The translations under genes and the position numbers were made by a program. The notes under the pieces were generated by a model. The model was not told where the DNA came from. It was given only the letters and a program-made list of their open reading frames with translations, and did no database searches. DNA of 60,947 nucleotides, the filler included. It is 5 parts of 5 records of this genome, joined end to end, with 100 filler letters (N's around TTAATTAATTAA, not from the genome) between each part and the next. Parts side by side here need not be neighbours in the genome. Positions count along the whole stretch, not along the records: positions 1 to 14,935 come from SRR2962707_626; 4 more parts are not named here. One strand, 5' to 3'. This document shows positions 1-9,903 of this stretch, one piece after another. Numbering within the stretch: position 1 is the stretch's first letter; every line of letters starts with the position of its first letter.

Positions 1-1
1 G

Positions 2-196
2 CGCAACAATTGCGGCAAGGCGCTCGATATTGCCCGTCAATCGCGCGATATGCACGGCGGCAACGGCATTCAGATTGAATATAAAGTCATGCGCCATGCG
101 ATGAATTTGGAAACCGTCAACACCTATGAAGGCACACACGATGTGCATGCTTTGATTTTGGGCCGTGCGCAAACGGGCATTCAGGCGTTTTTCTGA
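2..196 (+). CDS. gcdH: Glutaryl-CoA dehydrogenase-like acyl-CoA dehydrogenase, C-terminal fragment (5' end outside window)
   Basis: Manual translation [23 protein letters not shown]...[36 protein letters not shown], the typical GCDH C-terminus. The stop overlaps the next ATG (TGATG). Confidence 0.8.
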   Translation, partial: RNNCGKALDIARQSRDMHGGNGIQIEYKVMRHAMNLETVNTYEGTHDVHALILGRAQTGIQAFF

Positions 197-1344
197 TGCA
201 AAACAAAACTACCGCCCCGCTTACCGGTCTGCGTGTTGTTGAACTCGCGCGTATTTTAGCTGGGCCTTGGCTTGGTCAAACTTTGGCTGACCTTGGCGCT
301 GAGGTGATCAAAATTGAAAGCCCTCAGGGCGATGATACGCGCACATGGGGTCCGCCCTTTATTGAGCGGCCCGATGGCAAAGGCGGCACCGAAACTGTTG
401 CCGCCTATTTCCATGCCGCCAATCGCGGCAAAACGTCGGTTATTTGTGACTTTAATTCACAAGAAGATCTGCAAAAAGTGCGCGCACTGATTGATGATGC
501 TGATGTGGTGATCGAGAATTTTAAAGTCGGCGGCCTGAAGAAATATGGTCTCGATTACGAAAGCGTGGCTAAAACCAATCCACGTCTTGTCTATGCTTCG
601 ATCACCGGCTTCGGGCAGGACGGGCCGCGTGCCAGCCAACCGGGCTATGACTTTCTAATCCAAGGCATGTCCGGCATTATGGATTTGACCGGCGCACCAG
701 ACGGCGAGCCGCAAAAAGTCGGCGTTGCATGGATTGATGTTTTCTCCGGCCTATACGGCGTTATCGGCGTTCAAGCAGCACTAGCGGAGCGTGAAAAGTC
801 CGGCCTTGGTCAGCAGATTGATATTTCCCTGCTTGATTGCGCTGTCGGCGTTTTGGCCAATCAATCGATGAACTATTTGGTAAGCGGCGTTTCGCCAACG
901 CGCCTTGGCAATGCTCACCCCAATATTGTGCCCTATCAAGTGTTCCCGTGTGCAGATGGTCATCTGATTATCGCCTGTGGCAATGATGGCCAATTTGCCA
1001 ATCTGTGTAATACGCTTGATGTGCCAGAATTGAGCGCAGATGCGGCCTATGCCACCAATCCGGCGCGTGTGAAAAACCGCGATAATTTGTGTGCTATTCT
1101 GGCTGAGAAGCTATCAATGCACGCTAAAAATGATCTGATTGATCTGCTGAAAAGTGTTGGTGTGCCTGCTGGCCCGATCAACAATGTTGCCGAAGCGTTG
1201 GCAGATCCGCAAATTCAAGCGCGCGAAATGTGCATTGATTTAGACGGTATTGAAACCAAGGGCGTAAGAACACCGATCAAATTTTCGCGTAGCCAGCTCA
1301 ATCTTGGCAAAGCAGCACCCGCCCACGGCGATGGTTCTCGCTGA
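196..1344 (+). CDS. CaiB/BaiF family III CoA transferase
   Basis: LAGP..GQTLADLGAEVIKIE, GDDTRTWGPPF, NRGK, DVVIENFK and PGYDFLIQGMSG motifs. Confidence 0.92.
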   Translation: MQNKTTAPLTGLRVVELARILAGPWLGQTLADLGAEVIKIESPQGDDTRTWGPPFIERPDGKGGTETVAAYFHAANRGKTSVICDFNSQEDLQKVRALIDDADVVIENFKVGGLKKYGLDYESVAKTNPRLVYASITGFGQDGPRASQPGYDFLIQGMSGIMDLTGAPDGEPQKVGVAWIDVFSGLYGVIGVQAALAEREKSGLGQQIDISLLDCAVGVLANQSMNYLVSGVSPTRLGNAHPNIVPYQVFPCADGHLIIACGNDGQFANLCNTLDVPELSADAAYATNPARVKNRDNLCAILAEKLSMHAKNDLIDLLKSVGVPAGPINNVAEALADPQIQAREMCIDLDGIETKGVRTPIKFSRSQLNLGKAAPAHGDGSR

Positions 1345-1442
1345 TTAGTCTGCCTGTGGTTTTCGCCCGATAATTGCGGTAGGAAAGTGCGAGAATCTGC
1401 GCTACGCAGGCCAAGACCAGACCTAGCCAAAGTGAATTACCC

Positions 1443-2513
1443 ATGACGCTTGTAAAAACCGGTGCAATCTTTGCGGCATTGTTGATCGCGTCGACGGGTA
1501 CTGCGCTCAGCGCAGGTCAATTGGTGCTCTATAGTTGGCCAAATTATATCAGCCCTGAACTGATCGAAAAATTTGAGCAAACCTACGACATTAAAGTCAG
1601 TATTATGACTTATGGTTCGAATTATGGTGCGCTTAATTATGTTAAAAAACGCATTGAAGACGAAGAAGAAAACCTGATCGATATCGTCAATCCATCGGAC
1701 CGCTTCGTGCCGCTGTGGATTGAAGAGGGCCTTCTCGCAGAAACGCGCGTAGACCAAATGGAAAATTTCAAAAATGTCGACGCACGGTGGAAAAATCCGC
1801 CTTGGGATGAGAACCGACATTATTCTGCGCCATGGCTTTACGGCAGCGTTGGTCCCATCGTTGATACATCGCTTTATGCGGGCGACATCAATACCACTGC
1901 GATCTGGCTTGATCCACCGGCGGAACTCAAAGGCAAAATTAACGTCGTGCCGGAACGCAATGACGTGCTTTACGCAGCAATCCGCTATCTCGGTGGTGAA
2001 TGGTGCGAAAATGATCCGCAATTGCTAGGTGCCGTGCGCGCCAAGTTGCTGGAGGCAAAAAAGTCTTGGGCATCGATGGAATATGGTCTTGAGCGCTTTG
2101 ATGGCAAAGATTGGGCGGTGTCGCTCTACTATAATGTTGAGGCCTTTAATGCCCGTAAAACAAACCCGTCCATTAAGTTTGGCTATCCGCGCGAAGGCTT
2201 TCAGCTTTTCATGGATAATATCGTTGTGCTGAAAGATGCGCCAAACCTAGAAAATGCAAAGCTGTTTCAAAACTTTATCATGGCGCCTGAAAATGCTGCC
2301 TTGTTGTCAAATCATACCGGCTATGCCAATGCGATTTTGGGCTCTGCGCAGTTCATGCGTGATGACATTAAAAATGCAGCCGAACTAACAATACCCGATG
2401 ACTTATTTGCTGCTGGCGGCTGGCTGAATGAGTGCAAACCGGAAGTCGAAGGTGAGTACCCAGAAGTGATTAAAAAATATGATGAAATCTGGGGCGACTT
2501 AATCCGGCAATAG
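1443..2513 (+). CDS. PotD/PotF-like extracellular solute-binding protein (divergent, no adjacent permease)
   Basis: Signal peptide; LYSWPNYISPELIEKFE, PREG..LFMDN and LKDAPNLENAKLFQNFIMAPENAA segments typical of the polyamine SBP family. Confidence 0.8.
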   Translation: MTLVKTGAIFAALLIASTGTALSAGQLVLYSWPNYISPELIEKFEQTYDIKVSIMTYGSNYGALNYVKKRIEDEEENLIDIVNPSDRFVPLWIEEGLLAETRVDQMENFKNVDARWKNPPWDENRHYSAPWLYGSVGPIVDTSLYAGDINTTAIWLDPPAELKGKINVVPERNDVLYAAIRYLGGEWCENDPQLLGAVRAKLLEAKKSWASMEYGLERFDGKDWAVSLYYNVEAFNARKTNPSIKFGYPREGFQLFMDNIVVLKDAPNLENAKLFQNFIMAPENAALLSNHTGYANAILGSAQFMRDDIKNAAELTIPDDLFAAGGWLNECKPEVEGEYPEVIKKYDEIWGDLIRQ

Positions 2514-2654
2514 ATCAAGGTCGCTCGTAAAATATGTCTACGGCCTATGGAATACTCCTTAAGGGATATATACATTGGCTAAGAGTGATTTTAAAAATTC
2601 ACAAGTGCGATAACGGTCAGCGTTATGCAATCTGAACATCAAATGAGGTCGAAA

Positions 2655-4106
2655 ATGGAAACGAAAAAATTCTACATCAACGGTGTTTGGACAGAGCCAA
2701 AATCATCTGAAACCATGGATATCATCAATCCAGCAACCGGCGCTTCTGTGGGTACACTTGCCCTTGGCAGTGCTGCTGACGTTGACGATGCTGTGGCCGC
2801 TGCCACAGCCGCTTTTGAAACGTGGAGCCAGACAACTCCGGCTGAACGCAAGGAAGTTTTAGAGCGTGTTGTTGCCGTTTACAAAAAACGCTGGAACGAT
2901 ATTGCCGATGCAACAACAACAGAAATGGGCGCACCAAAAACGATGTCGCGCAGCGCACAAGTTGGTGCTGGTTATGGCCATCTAAAGGATTTCGTGCGCT
3001 CAATTGAGGCGATTAACTGGGATCATCCTGTTTTCCCAGGTGACGAAGAAAACCGCATCGTTTTGGAAGCCAAAGGCGTCTGCGCGCTTATTACGCCGTG
3101 GAACTGGCCAATGAACCAAGTCACCTTGAAGGTTGGCGCGGCGCTGGCTGCCGGTTGTACGATGGTTCTAAAGCCTTCTGAACTTGCGCCGCTATCATCG
3201 ATCATCTTTGCGGAAGTTTTGGAAGAAGCAGGCGTTCCTGCTGGCGTGTTCAATATGGTTCACGGCACAGGTCCGGTTGTTGGTGAAGCGATGTCATCTC
3301 ATCCAGATGTGGCTGTTATTTCTCTGACTGGCTCAACACGCGCAGGTATCGCTGTGTCTAAATCAGGCGCGGACACAATCAAGCGCATTGGTTTGGAGCT
3401 TGGCGGCAAGGGCGCAAATATTATTTTCGCTGATGTAGATGTAGAAGACGCTGCAACAAAGACAGCGCAGTCAATGTTCAACAACACGGGCCAATCATGT
3501 AATGCGCCATCGCGTATGCTGGTTGAACGCTCTGTTTATGACCGCGCGGTTGCCGCAGCGCTTGAAGTCGCCAAAGGTGTGAAAATCGGCGATCCAGAAT
3601 CAGAAGAAACAGAAATGGGCCCTGTTGTCAGTGAAGCACAGCAAATGCGCATTCGCACGCTCATTCAGGCTGGTATTGATGAAGGCGCACGTCTTGTTAT
3701 CGGTGGCCCTGAGCAACCAGAAGGTTTTGACAATGGCTTTTACGTCAAACCGACCATTTTTGCTGATGCCAATAATGAGATGACCGTTGCGCGCGAAGAA
3801 ATCTTCGGACCTGTTTTAACGATTATCCCGTTTGATACAGAGGAAGAAGCGATCGCGATTGCTAATGACAGTGTCTATGGCTTGGCCGCTTATCTTTGGA
3901 CCAATGATGGCGAACGCGCACGTCGTGTAACACGCAAATTGCGCAGCGGCATGGTGCGCCTCAACGGCACAGACATTCCATTTGGCGCACCATTTGGTGG
4001 CTATGGCCAATCAGGCATTGGCCGCGAAGGCGGTGTATGGGGCGTGGAAGAATTCTTGGAAGTCAAAGCTGTCAGCGGTTGGCCAAGCCTTAAACAGGCG
4101 AGCTAA
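2655..4106 (+). CDS. NAD(P)-dependent aldehyde dehydrogenase
   Basis: ITPWNWP, KPSE, TGSTRAG, LELGGK, GQSC, EEIFGPV and PFGGY motifs. Start placed at ATG 2655 after GAGGT. Confidence 0.95.
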   Translation: METKKFYINGVWTEPKSSETMDIINPATGASVGTLALGSAADVDDAVAAATAAFETWSQTTPAERKEVLERVVAVYKKRWNDIADATTTEMGAPKTMSRSAQVGAGYGHLKDFVRSIEAINWDHPVFPGDEENRIVLEAKGVCALITPWNWPMNQVTLKVGAALAAGCTMVLKPSELAPLSSIIFAEVLEEAGVPAGVFNMVHGTGPVVGEAMSSHPDVAVISLTGSTRAGIAVSKSGADTIKRIGLELGGKGANIIFADVDVEDAATKTAQSMFNNTGQSCNAPSRMLVERSVYDRAVAAALEVAKGVKIGDPESEETEMGPVVSEAQQMRIRTLIQAGIDEGARLVIGGPEQPEGFDNGFYVKPTIFADANNEMTVAREEIFGPVLTIIPFDTEEEAIAIANDSVYGLAAYLWTNDGERARRVTRKLRSGMVRLNGTDIPFGAPFGGYGQSGIGREGGVWGVEEFLEVKAVSGWPSLKQAS

Positions 4107-4134
4107 ACGCGAGCAAACACATATCTAAGAAATG

Positions 4135-4171
4135 AAACAAGCGCATCTTTGACTAGGTGCGCTTGTTTTTT
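4135..4171. terminator. Bidirectional intrinsic terminator between the convergent aldehyde dehydrogenase gene and fpr
   Basis: AAACAAGCGCATC-loop-GGTGCGCTTGTTT inverted repeat with T-run. Confidence 0.75.
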
Positions 4172-4182
4172 ATGGGGCAAAA

Positions 4183-5043
4183 TTAAGCGATTTCAGGCTC
4201 GCCAACAAAGGCTTTCTCAACAACGAAATGGCCGGGCTTAGAGTTTGCGCCTTCTTCCATGCCTGCTTGTTCGCACAGTTCCTTGATCTCAAGGTTTAGG
4301 CCCATAGAGCCGCAAATCATCACGCGATCATCTTCCACATTCCAAGCCGGAAGGCCCAAATCTGTGAACAATTCACCAGAACGGATTTTGTCGGTGACGC
4401 GACCCATCCTTTCAGATGTCTCGCGGGTCGTGGTTGGATAGTAAACCAGTTTGCCTTCAACCATTTCGCCAATAAGCGGGTCGCTGCGCAGATTTTCTAC
4501 CAAATCTTTGCCGTAGGTTAGTTCACCCACTTCGCGGCAGGTATGGCACAAAATCACTTGTTCAAATTTTTCATAGACCTCTGGATCGCGAATGAGCGAT
4601 GCAAATGGCGCAATGCCTGTGCCTGTTGCAAGAAGATATAAATGCTTGCCCGGAATCAAAGCATCGACAACCAATGTGCCCACCGGCTTGGTTTTTAAAA
4701 TGACTTGGTCGCCAACTTTTATTTTCTGCAATTTCGATGTCAGTGGACCATCGGGCACCTTGATGGAATAAAATTCTAATTCTTCATCCCAAGACGGTGA
4801 TGCGATTGAATAGGCGCGCAAAATGGGACGCGCTGGCTTGTCGCCAACCGGATCCCCCATTAGGCCGATCATCACAAATTCACCAGAGCGAAAGCGCAGG
4901 CTTTGCGGCCGAGTAATACGGAATGAGAACAAGCGGTCCGTATAGTGCTTTACCTGCGTGACTGTCTGGCCATCGGGCAGGGGTGTAACACCAACTGCGG
5001 CGCCGCTGTCGCTTATAATGGATGTCATATCGTTCATTGTCAT
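4183..5043 (-). CDS. fpr: Ferredoxin--NADP+ reductase
   Basis: FRSGEFVMIGL, RAYSIAS, GPLTS, ATGTGIAPF, MICGS and C-terminal VEKAF motifs. Confidence 0.93.
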   Translation of the reverse strand: MTMNDMTSIISDSGAAVGVTPLPDGQTVTQVKHYTDRLFSFRITRPQSLRFRSGEFVMIGLMGDPVGDKPARPILRAYSIASPSWDEELEFYSIKVPDGPLTSKLQKIKVGDQVILKTKPVGTLVVDALIPGKHLYLLATGTGIAPFASLIRDPEVYEKFEQVILCHTCREVGELTYGKDLVENLRSDPLIGEMVEGKLVYYPTTTRETSERMGRVTDKIRSGELFTDLGLPAWNVEDDRVMICGSMGLNLEIKELCEQAGMEEGANSKPGHFVVEKAFVGEPEIA

Positions 5044-5100
5044 GCAGTCCTGATAGTATTTTTAAATCAAAATGGGAAGGCAGTAAGCAATCGCTGAAAA

Positions 5101-5505
5101 CTACGCGATTTGAGCAGCCTGAAGAAGGCGGTTTTGATAGGTTGTGTTGATCCGCTGAACCTGCTCAAGCCATTGGCTCTCCGGTTGACGTTTCGCGTTC
5201 TCTTCGCTGATGGCAATATCGTCAAAACCGCAGCGACGCGCGTGACCATATTGGTCAGGGATAATGTGACCAACCGCGCGCAAATGCCCTTGATAGCCAG
5301 CGCGGCGCAAATCCTGCGCCAGCGAATAACCGCGGCCATCGGAAAACGCTGGAAATCCAATTTCAATGCGGGTCGCATCACCGAGATTGTCGATGATTTC
5401 CTGCGCATCTTGCGTGTTCTCTACGCTGAGAACAGAATTGCTCTGCGCTTCATCGGTGATAAAGCCCTTATCGGTCACCACAACCCATTTGATTTCATCA
5501 GGCAT
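5101..5505 (-). CDS. DUF934 family protein (sulfite reduction operon)
   Basis: FPAFSDGRGYSLAQDLRRAGYQGHLRAVG..IPDQ...RRCGFD motif; position next to cysH. Alternative GTG start at 5511. Confidence 0.85.
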   Translation of the reverse strand: MPDEIKWVVVTDKGFITDEAQSNSVLSVENTQDAQEIIDNLGDATRIEIGFPAFSDGRGYSLAQDLRRAGYQGHLRAVGHIIPDQYGHARRCGFDDIAISEENAKRQPESQWLEQVQRINTTYQNRLLQAAQIA

Positions 5506-6217
5506 TTTCACGTCTCTTTTCTTCGTTCAAGCTTTTCCGTTCAATCTGGCCATCTTCAACGTGGATGCCACATTCGATCTTATCCATGCCGCGCCAACGC
5601 CCGCTTCGTGCGTCCTCGCCAGCTTTTACTGGAGATGTGCAAGTCGCACAGCCAATTGAAGCATACCCATGATTAACCAGCGCGTGTTGAGGTAGATCAA
5701 ACCACTCCATATAATCAGCCAAATCATCAGCGGCCCAGGCCGCAAGCGGATTGAGCTTTGTTTTGCCATTGGCAGCGGTTTCAACTTCTTCAATCTGGCT
5801 GCGTGTGGCCGCTTGAAAGCGTTTGCGACCGGTAATCCAGCCATCAAAATCGGCAAGCGCTACATCAAGCACCGATGTTTTACGGAAATCGCAACAAGCA
5901 TCAGGATTTTCTTTATGCAGGCGACCCCAAATGTCTTTCTCGCGGATCACTTTTGATTCCGGCGAAATCGTACGCACATCGGTGAGGCCAAGATGGCGTG
6001 TCAGCGCGATTTTGTAATCCAATGTTTCGCGAAACAACATGCGCGTATCAATAAACATGACCGGCGCATCTTTGTTGACCCGCGAAATCAGGTGCAACAA
6101 TACAGATGATTCAGAACCGAACGAAGAAACCGCTGCCACGTTGCCAAAGGCTTTTTCGTTCAGCGCTTTTTCCAAAAGCGATAGTGTATTGTCTTGTAGC
6201 TTAAGCAGCTCTGACAT
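5498..6217 (-). CDS. cysH: APS/PAPS reductase
   Basis: SSFG, DACCDFRK, WITGRKR, SIGCATCT, RSGRW and ECGIH motifs. The CC plus CxxC pattern suggests an Fe-S-containing APS-type enzyme. Start chosen at M17 of the long ORF. Confidence 0.92.
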   Translation of the reverse strand: MSELLKLQDNTLSLLEKALNEKAFGNVAAVSSFGSESSVLLHLISRVNKDAPVMFIDTRMLFRETLDYKIALTRHLGLTDVRTISPESKVIREKDIWGRLHKENPDACCDFRKTSVLDVALADFDGWITGRKRFQAATRSQIEEVETAANGKTKLNPLAAWAADDLADYMEWFDLPQHALVNHGYASIGCATCTSPVKAGEDARSGRWRGMDKIECGIHVEDGQIERKSLNEEKRRENA

Positions 6218-7874
6218 TTTCATCATCCTTTTGATAAATCGCTGTTTTAAACGGCTCTGCGCCAAGGCGACGATAGGCTTCTAGGAATGTTTCATCGTCT
6301 TGTAAACGTGAATCCAAATAGGTCTGTATAATCGTCTCAATGGCAGGAATAAGGTCTTCCGCCGCAAAGCCAGGTCCAGTGCGCTCACCAATAGTTGCCG
6401 ATTCCGTACCGTCGCCGCCAAGCGTGATTTGGTAGTTTTCAACGCCAGCCTTATCAAGACCCAAAATACCGATATGGCCGACATGGTGGTGACCACAAGC
6501 ATTGATACAGCCAGAAATTTTGATTTTCAGCGGACCAATTTCGCGCTCCAATTTAAGCTCGTCAAAACGGATCGCAATTTCCTGTGCTATGGGAATAGAA
6601 CGCGCAGTTGCCAAGGCGCAATAGTCCATGCCCGGGCAAGCAATAATATCAGACAAAAGACCGATATTGGCTGTTCCTAAGCCTGCTGCATTAAGTGCCG
6701 CATGCACTGCTGGTATGTCGGATTTGCGCACATGTGGCAAAATGATGTTTTGCTCATGCGATACGCGCAGTTCATCATGGCCATATTTTTCAGCCAAATC
6801 AGCAAGCACGCGCATTTGGTCCGATGTCGCATCGCCAGGCGTTGCGCCTACTGCTTTGAGCGATACAGAAATAATGCCGTAAGCAGGATTTTTATGTTCG
6901 CTCACATTGGTTTCAACGAATGAGCGGTAAACGGGATCATTGGCGAGCGCCAGATCAAAATCAATTGACTGCGTATTGATAAATGAAGGCGGCGCGAAAG
7001 CTGCCTCCAACTGCTCAACAAGCGCTGCAGGCGGTGCTTGAAAGTGCTTCTTCTGTTCGATGAACGCTTCTTCAATCATCGCCGTAATTTCATCCTTGCC
7101 GGTTTCATGGACAAGAATTTTAATCCGCGCTTTGTATTTGTTATCGCGGCGACCATTAAGGTTATAAACGCGCAAAATCGCTTCCAGATAAGGCAATAGA
7201 TCAGCCTTAGGCAGGAATTCACGAACCGTTTTACCAATCATCGGTGTGCGGCCAAGACCGCCGCCAACGATGACCTCATAGCCAGGTTCGCCTTGTTCGT
7301 TGCGCACCATCCGAAGGCCAATGTCATGCGCGCGCGTGACAGCACGGTCATTAGGCGAACCGGTGATTGCGATTTTAAATTTACGCGGCAGAAACTGAAA
7401 TTCTGGATGATCGGTTGACCATTGACGCAAAAGCTCTGCCGTTGGCCGCGGGTCTTCAATCTCATCGGCAGCAGCGCCAGCAAAATGGTCTGAAGTCACA
7501 TTACGTATGCAGTTGCCAGATGTCTGAATGGCGTGCATTTCCACATCAGCCAATGCCGCTAGAATGTCCGGTACATCGCCAAGTTTTGGCCAGTTGAACT
7601 GAATGTTTTGGCGGGTTGTGAAATGGCCATAACCCTTGTCCCATTTATCGGCGATAAATGCGAGTTGACGCATTTGGCGCGAATTGAGCGTGCCGTAAGG
7701 AACTGCAACACGCAACATATAGGCGTGTAGCTGCAGATAAAGCCCGTTCATCAAACGCAAAGGTTTAAATTCGTCTTCGGTAAGCGAGCCGTCAATACGG
7801 CGGGCAACCTGCGAGCTAAACTGCGCAACGCGATTGCGAACAAATGTTTCATCGAATTCAGAATATGCATACAT
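6201..7874 (-). CDS. cysI: Sulfite/nitrite reductase hemoprotein
   Basis: HFTTRQNIQ, LPRKFKIA, ACPGMDYC and SGCINACG siroheme/4Fe-4S motifs. Confidence 0.92.
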   Translation of the reverse strand: MYAYSEFDETFVRNRVAQFSSQVARRIDGSLTEDEFKPLRLMNGLYLQLHAYMLRVAVPYGTLNSRQMRQLAFIADKWDKGYGHFTTRQNIQFNWPKLGDVPDILAALADVEMHAIQTSGNCIRNVTSDHFAGAAADEIEDPRPTAELLRQWSTDHPEFQFLPRKFKIAITGSPNDRAVTRAHDIGLRMVRNEQGEPGYEVIVGGGLGRTPMIGKTVREFLPKADLLPYLEAILRVYNLNGRRDNKYKARIKILVHETGKDEITAMIEEAFIEQKKHFQAPPAALVEQLEAAFAPPSFINTQSIDFDLALANDPVYRSFVETNVSEHKNPAYGIISVSLKAVGATPGDATSDQMRVLADLAEKYGHDELRVSHEQNIILPHVRKSDIPAVHAALNAAGLGTANIGLLSDIIACPGMDYCALATARSIPIAQEIAIRFDELKLEREIGPLKIKISGCINACGHHHVGHIGILGLDKAGVENYQITLGGDGTESATIGERTGPGFAAEDLIPAIETIIQTYLDSRLQDDETFLEAYRRLGAEPFKTAIYQKDDENVRAA

Positions 7875-7891
7875 GGGTTTATTCCGGTTCC

Positions 7892-8194
7892 TTAGGCTTC
7901 AGCTTGTTTGCCGTGAAAATAATTAGATGGGCCGCGCTTGCGAAACGCTTCGCGGAAATGCGCAGGCGCTATTTTTCCGTCATCGTTCAATTCAACAGCA
8001 ACACCGTAAGCGCCAACAATTGCGCCTGCTTGTTTGTTGGCCACAGAGAGCATGGTTTCTAATTGCTCGGCAGACTTAGCCACATGTGCTTCTTCAAATT
8101 CGCGTGTCCATTTGCCCTGCTGGGTCAAATAAATGACATCGCCGAGCATAAGGTCGTTGGCGGTCACGATGTGGGGTGAAAATGGGCGAGCCAT
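7892..8194 (-). CDS. DUF2849 family protein
   Basis: TANDL..GDVIYL...HFRE.FR..GPS pattern; located between cysG and cysI. Confidence 0.8.
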   Translation of the reverse strand: MARPFSPHIVTANDLMLGDVIYLTQQGKWTREFEEAHVAKSAEQLETMLSVANKQAGAIVGAYGVAVELNDDGKIAPAHFREAFRKRGPSNYFHGKQAEA

Positions 8195-9624
8195 TATAGC
8201 GCTCCTGCTGTTTGACGAATAAATTTGTCTTGGGCGTTTGTTTCGGCAAGTTCAGCGGTTGCACTCAGCGCTTCGCGAGGGCTCAGACCATAAAGCAGAA
8301 CAGCTGGGCCTTTAATGCCCGCCGCATTTACTGCATTTGGTAGCTCAGCCAATGTTGTCGAAACGATTTTCTGGTCTGCACGTGATACGTTTTCAACAAT
8401 GGTAATACTCGTATCGCCAGCCGCATCATGCATCAGCAAACGGCCACGCAAGAAGCTCGCCGCACGCACGCCCATATAAATGGCGGCTGTTGAATTTGGC
8501 TTGGCCAATTCGCGCCAATCATGCTCGGCAAAACCTTCGGTTTCGCGTCCAGTGATAATGCGCAACGCCGAATTGCGGCCACGGCGCGTGAGCGATGTAC
8601 CAATTGTTGCAGCAGCGGCAGATGCTGCGGTGATGCCCGGGACAATGTCGTAGCCGATTGCGGCTTCATCAAGCGCATCGAGTTCTTCATCAAGGCGTCC
8701 AAAGATTGCCGGATCGCCAGATTTAAGTCGGGCAATCTGCGCGCCTTTAAGGGCATGTTCGATCATCAGCGCGTTGATGTCTTCTTGCTTCCAAGACGGG
8801 CCATAACCCTTTTTGCCTACTTCGATGACCATTGCTTCGCGGCGGGCAAGTTCTAAAATCGCTTGCGGCACGAGCTGATCATGAAGCACAACGTCAGCTT
8901 CATGCAAAAGGCGGCGCGCTTTAAGTGTCAATAGTTCTGGATCACCTGGGCCTGTGCCGATCAGCGCAACACGGCCTTCGCGTGGACGTGTTTCGATAGC
9001 GTCCGTCAATAGGTCGTTGAGCGTCTCGCGCACGGCATCTTCGCCGCCAGCCAATAGCGCTGCATCGCCAGTGCCGCCATAATAACGGCTCCAAAAGTCG
9101 CGGCGAATACGGCCTTGCGGCAACATGTTGGCGCGGCTGCGAAACGCTTGGCCGATTTTCGCCAATATACCGAGAGAGGCTGGAAGGCGCGCTTCAAGGT
9201 CAGCTTTGATCTGACGCGCGAGAACAGGCGCAGCGCCTTCTGTGCCAATGGCGATGGTTACAGGGTCACGGTCCACGATAGCTGGCGTAATGAATTGGCT
9301 GTCTTCTAAATTATCAACGATATTGACGAGTGCACCGGCTTCACGGCCAATTTTAGCAACGCGGGCATCTTCTGCCGCATCTTCATTGGCGCCATAGAGC
9401 AGGGCGGCGCAAATCGCATCACCAATTTCGAGCGGACGTTCAATCAATGTCAGTTTTGATTCGGCAGCCCAAATGCGCACCTGTTGGTCTGCATCAGTGC
9501 CATAAACACTAATCTGCGCGTTGGTTTTCAATATAAGGCGCAATTTCGCAACGGCGCATTCGCCCGCACCTGAAACGATGACACGGCGTCCGTCTAAATT
9601 TAAAAACACAGGAAAATGGCGCAT
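8194..9624 (-). CDS. cysG: Siroheme synthase (dehydrogenase/chelatase plus methyltransferase)
   Basis: N-terminal FPVFLNL/TEGAAPVLA domain plus GTGPGDPELLTLKA, RLKSGDP and VPGITA. Confidence 0.95.
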   Translation of the reverse strand: MRHFPVFLNLDGRRVIVSGAGECAVAKLRLILKTNAQISVYGTDADQQVRIWAAESKLTLIERPLEIGDAICAALLYGANEDAAEDARVAKIGREAGALVNIVDNLEDSQFITPAIVDRDPVTIAIGTEGAAPVLARQIKADLEARLPASLGILAKIGQAFRSRANMLPQGRIRRDFWSRYYGGTGDAALLAGGEDAVRETLNDLLTDAIETRPREGRVALIGTGPGDPELLTLKARRLLHEADVVLHDQLVPQAILELARREAMVIEVGKKGYGPSWKQEDINALMIEHALKGAQIARLKSGDPAIFGRLDEELDALDEAAIGYDIVPGITAASAAAATIGTSLTRRGRNSALRIITGRETEGFAEHDWRELAKPNSTAAIYMGVRAASFLRGRLLMHDAAGDTSITIVENVSRADQKIVSTTLAELPNAVNAAGIKGPAVLLYGLSPREALSATAELAETNAQDKFIRQTAGAL

Positions 9625-9763
9625 AGGAGTCCCTCAATTTTCACTGAATTTACCCGCTCACGCCACGCCCCATAAGAAATGGCATTCCATTTATTGTAGT
9701 AATGGTGGTATTTTCATCCGATTTGGGCAAAAAGGCAGTCACAAAGGGTTGATTTTTATCGTT

Positions 9764-9777
9764 TTGATCGAGATCAA
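9764..9777. promoter_or_regulatory. FNR/FixK/FnrL binding site in the cysG-hemA divergent region
   Basis: Perfect TTGAT-CGAG-ATCAA; an imperfect second site TTGAT-TTTT-ATCGT lies at 9749-9762. Confidence 0.8.
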
Positions 9778-9903
9778 GGACGCGCGCCCATCAGGTTGCG
9801 ACAAAGCGTACAGTTTTGAAGTATTCCAATCTGCGGCTTACGAGACTATATAGACGCAGAAAATAAAATGCGGTGTTGAACCGCTCGTATAAGGTCTAGT
9901 GCA

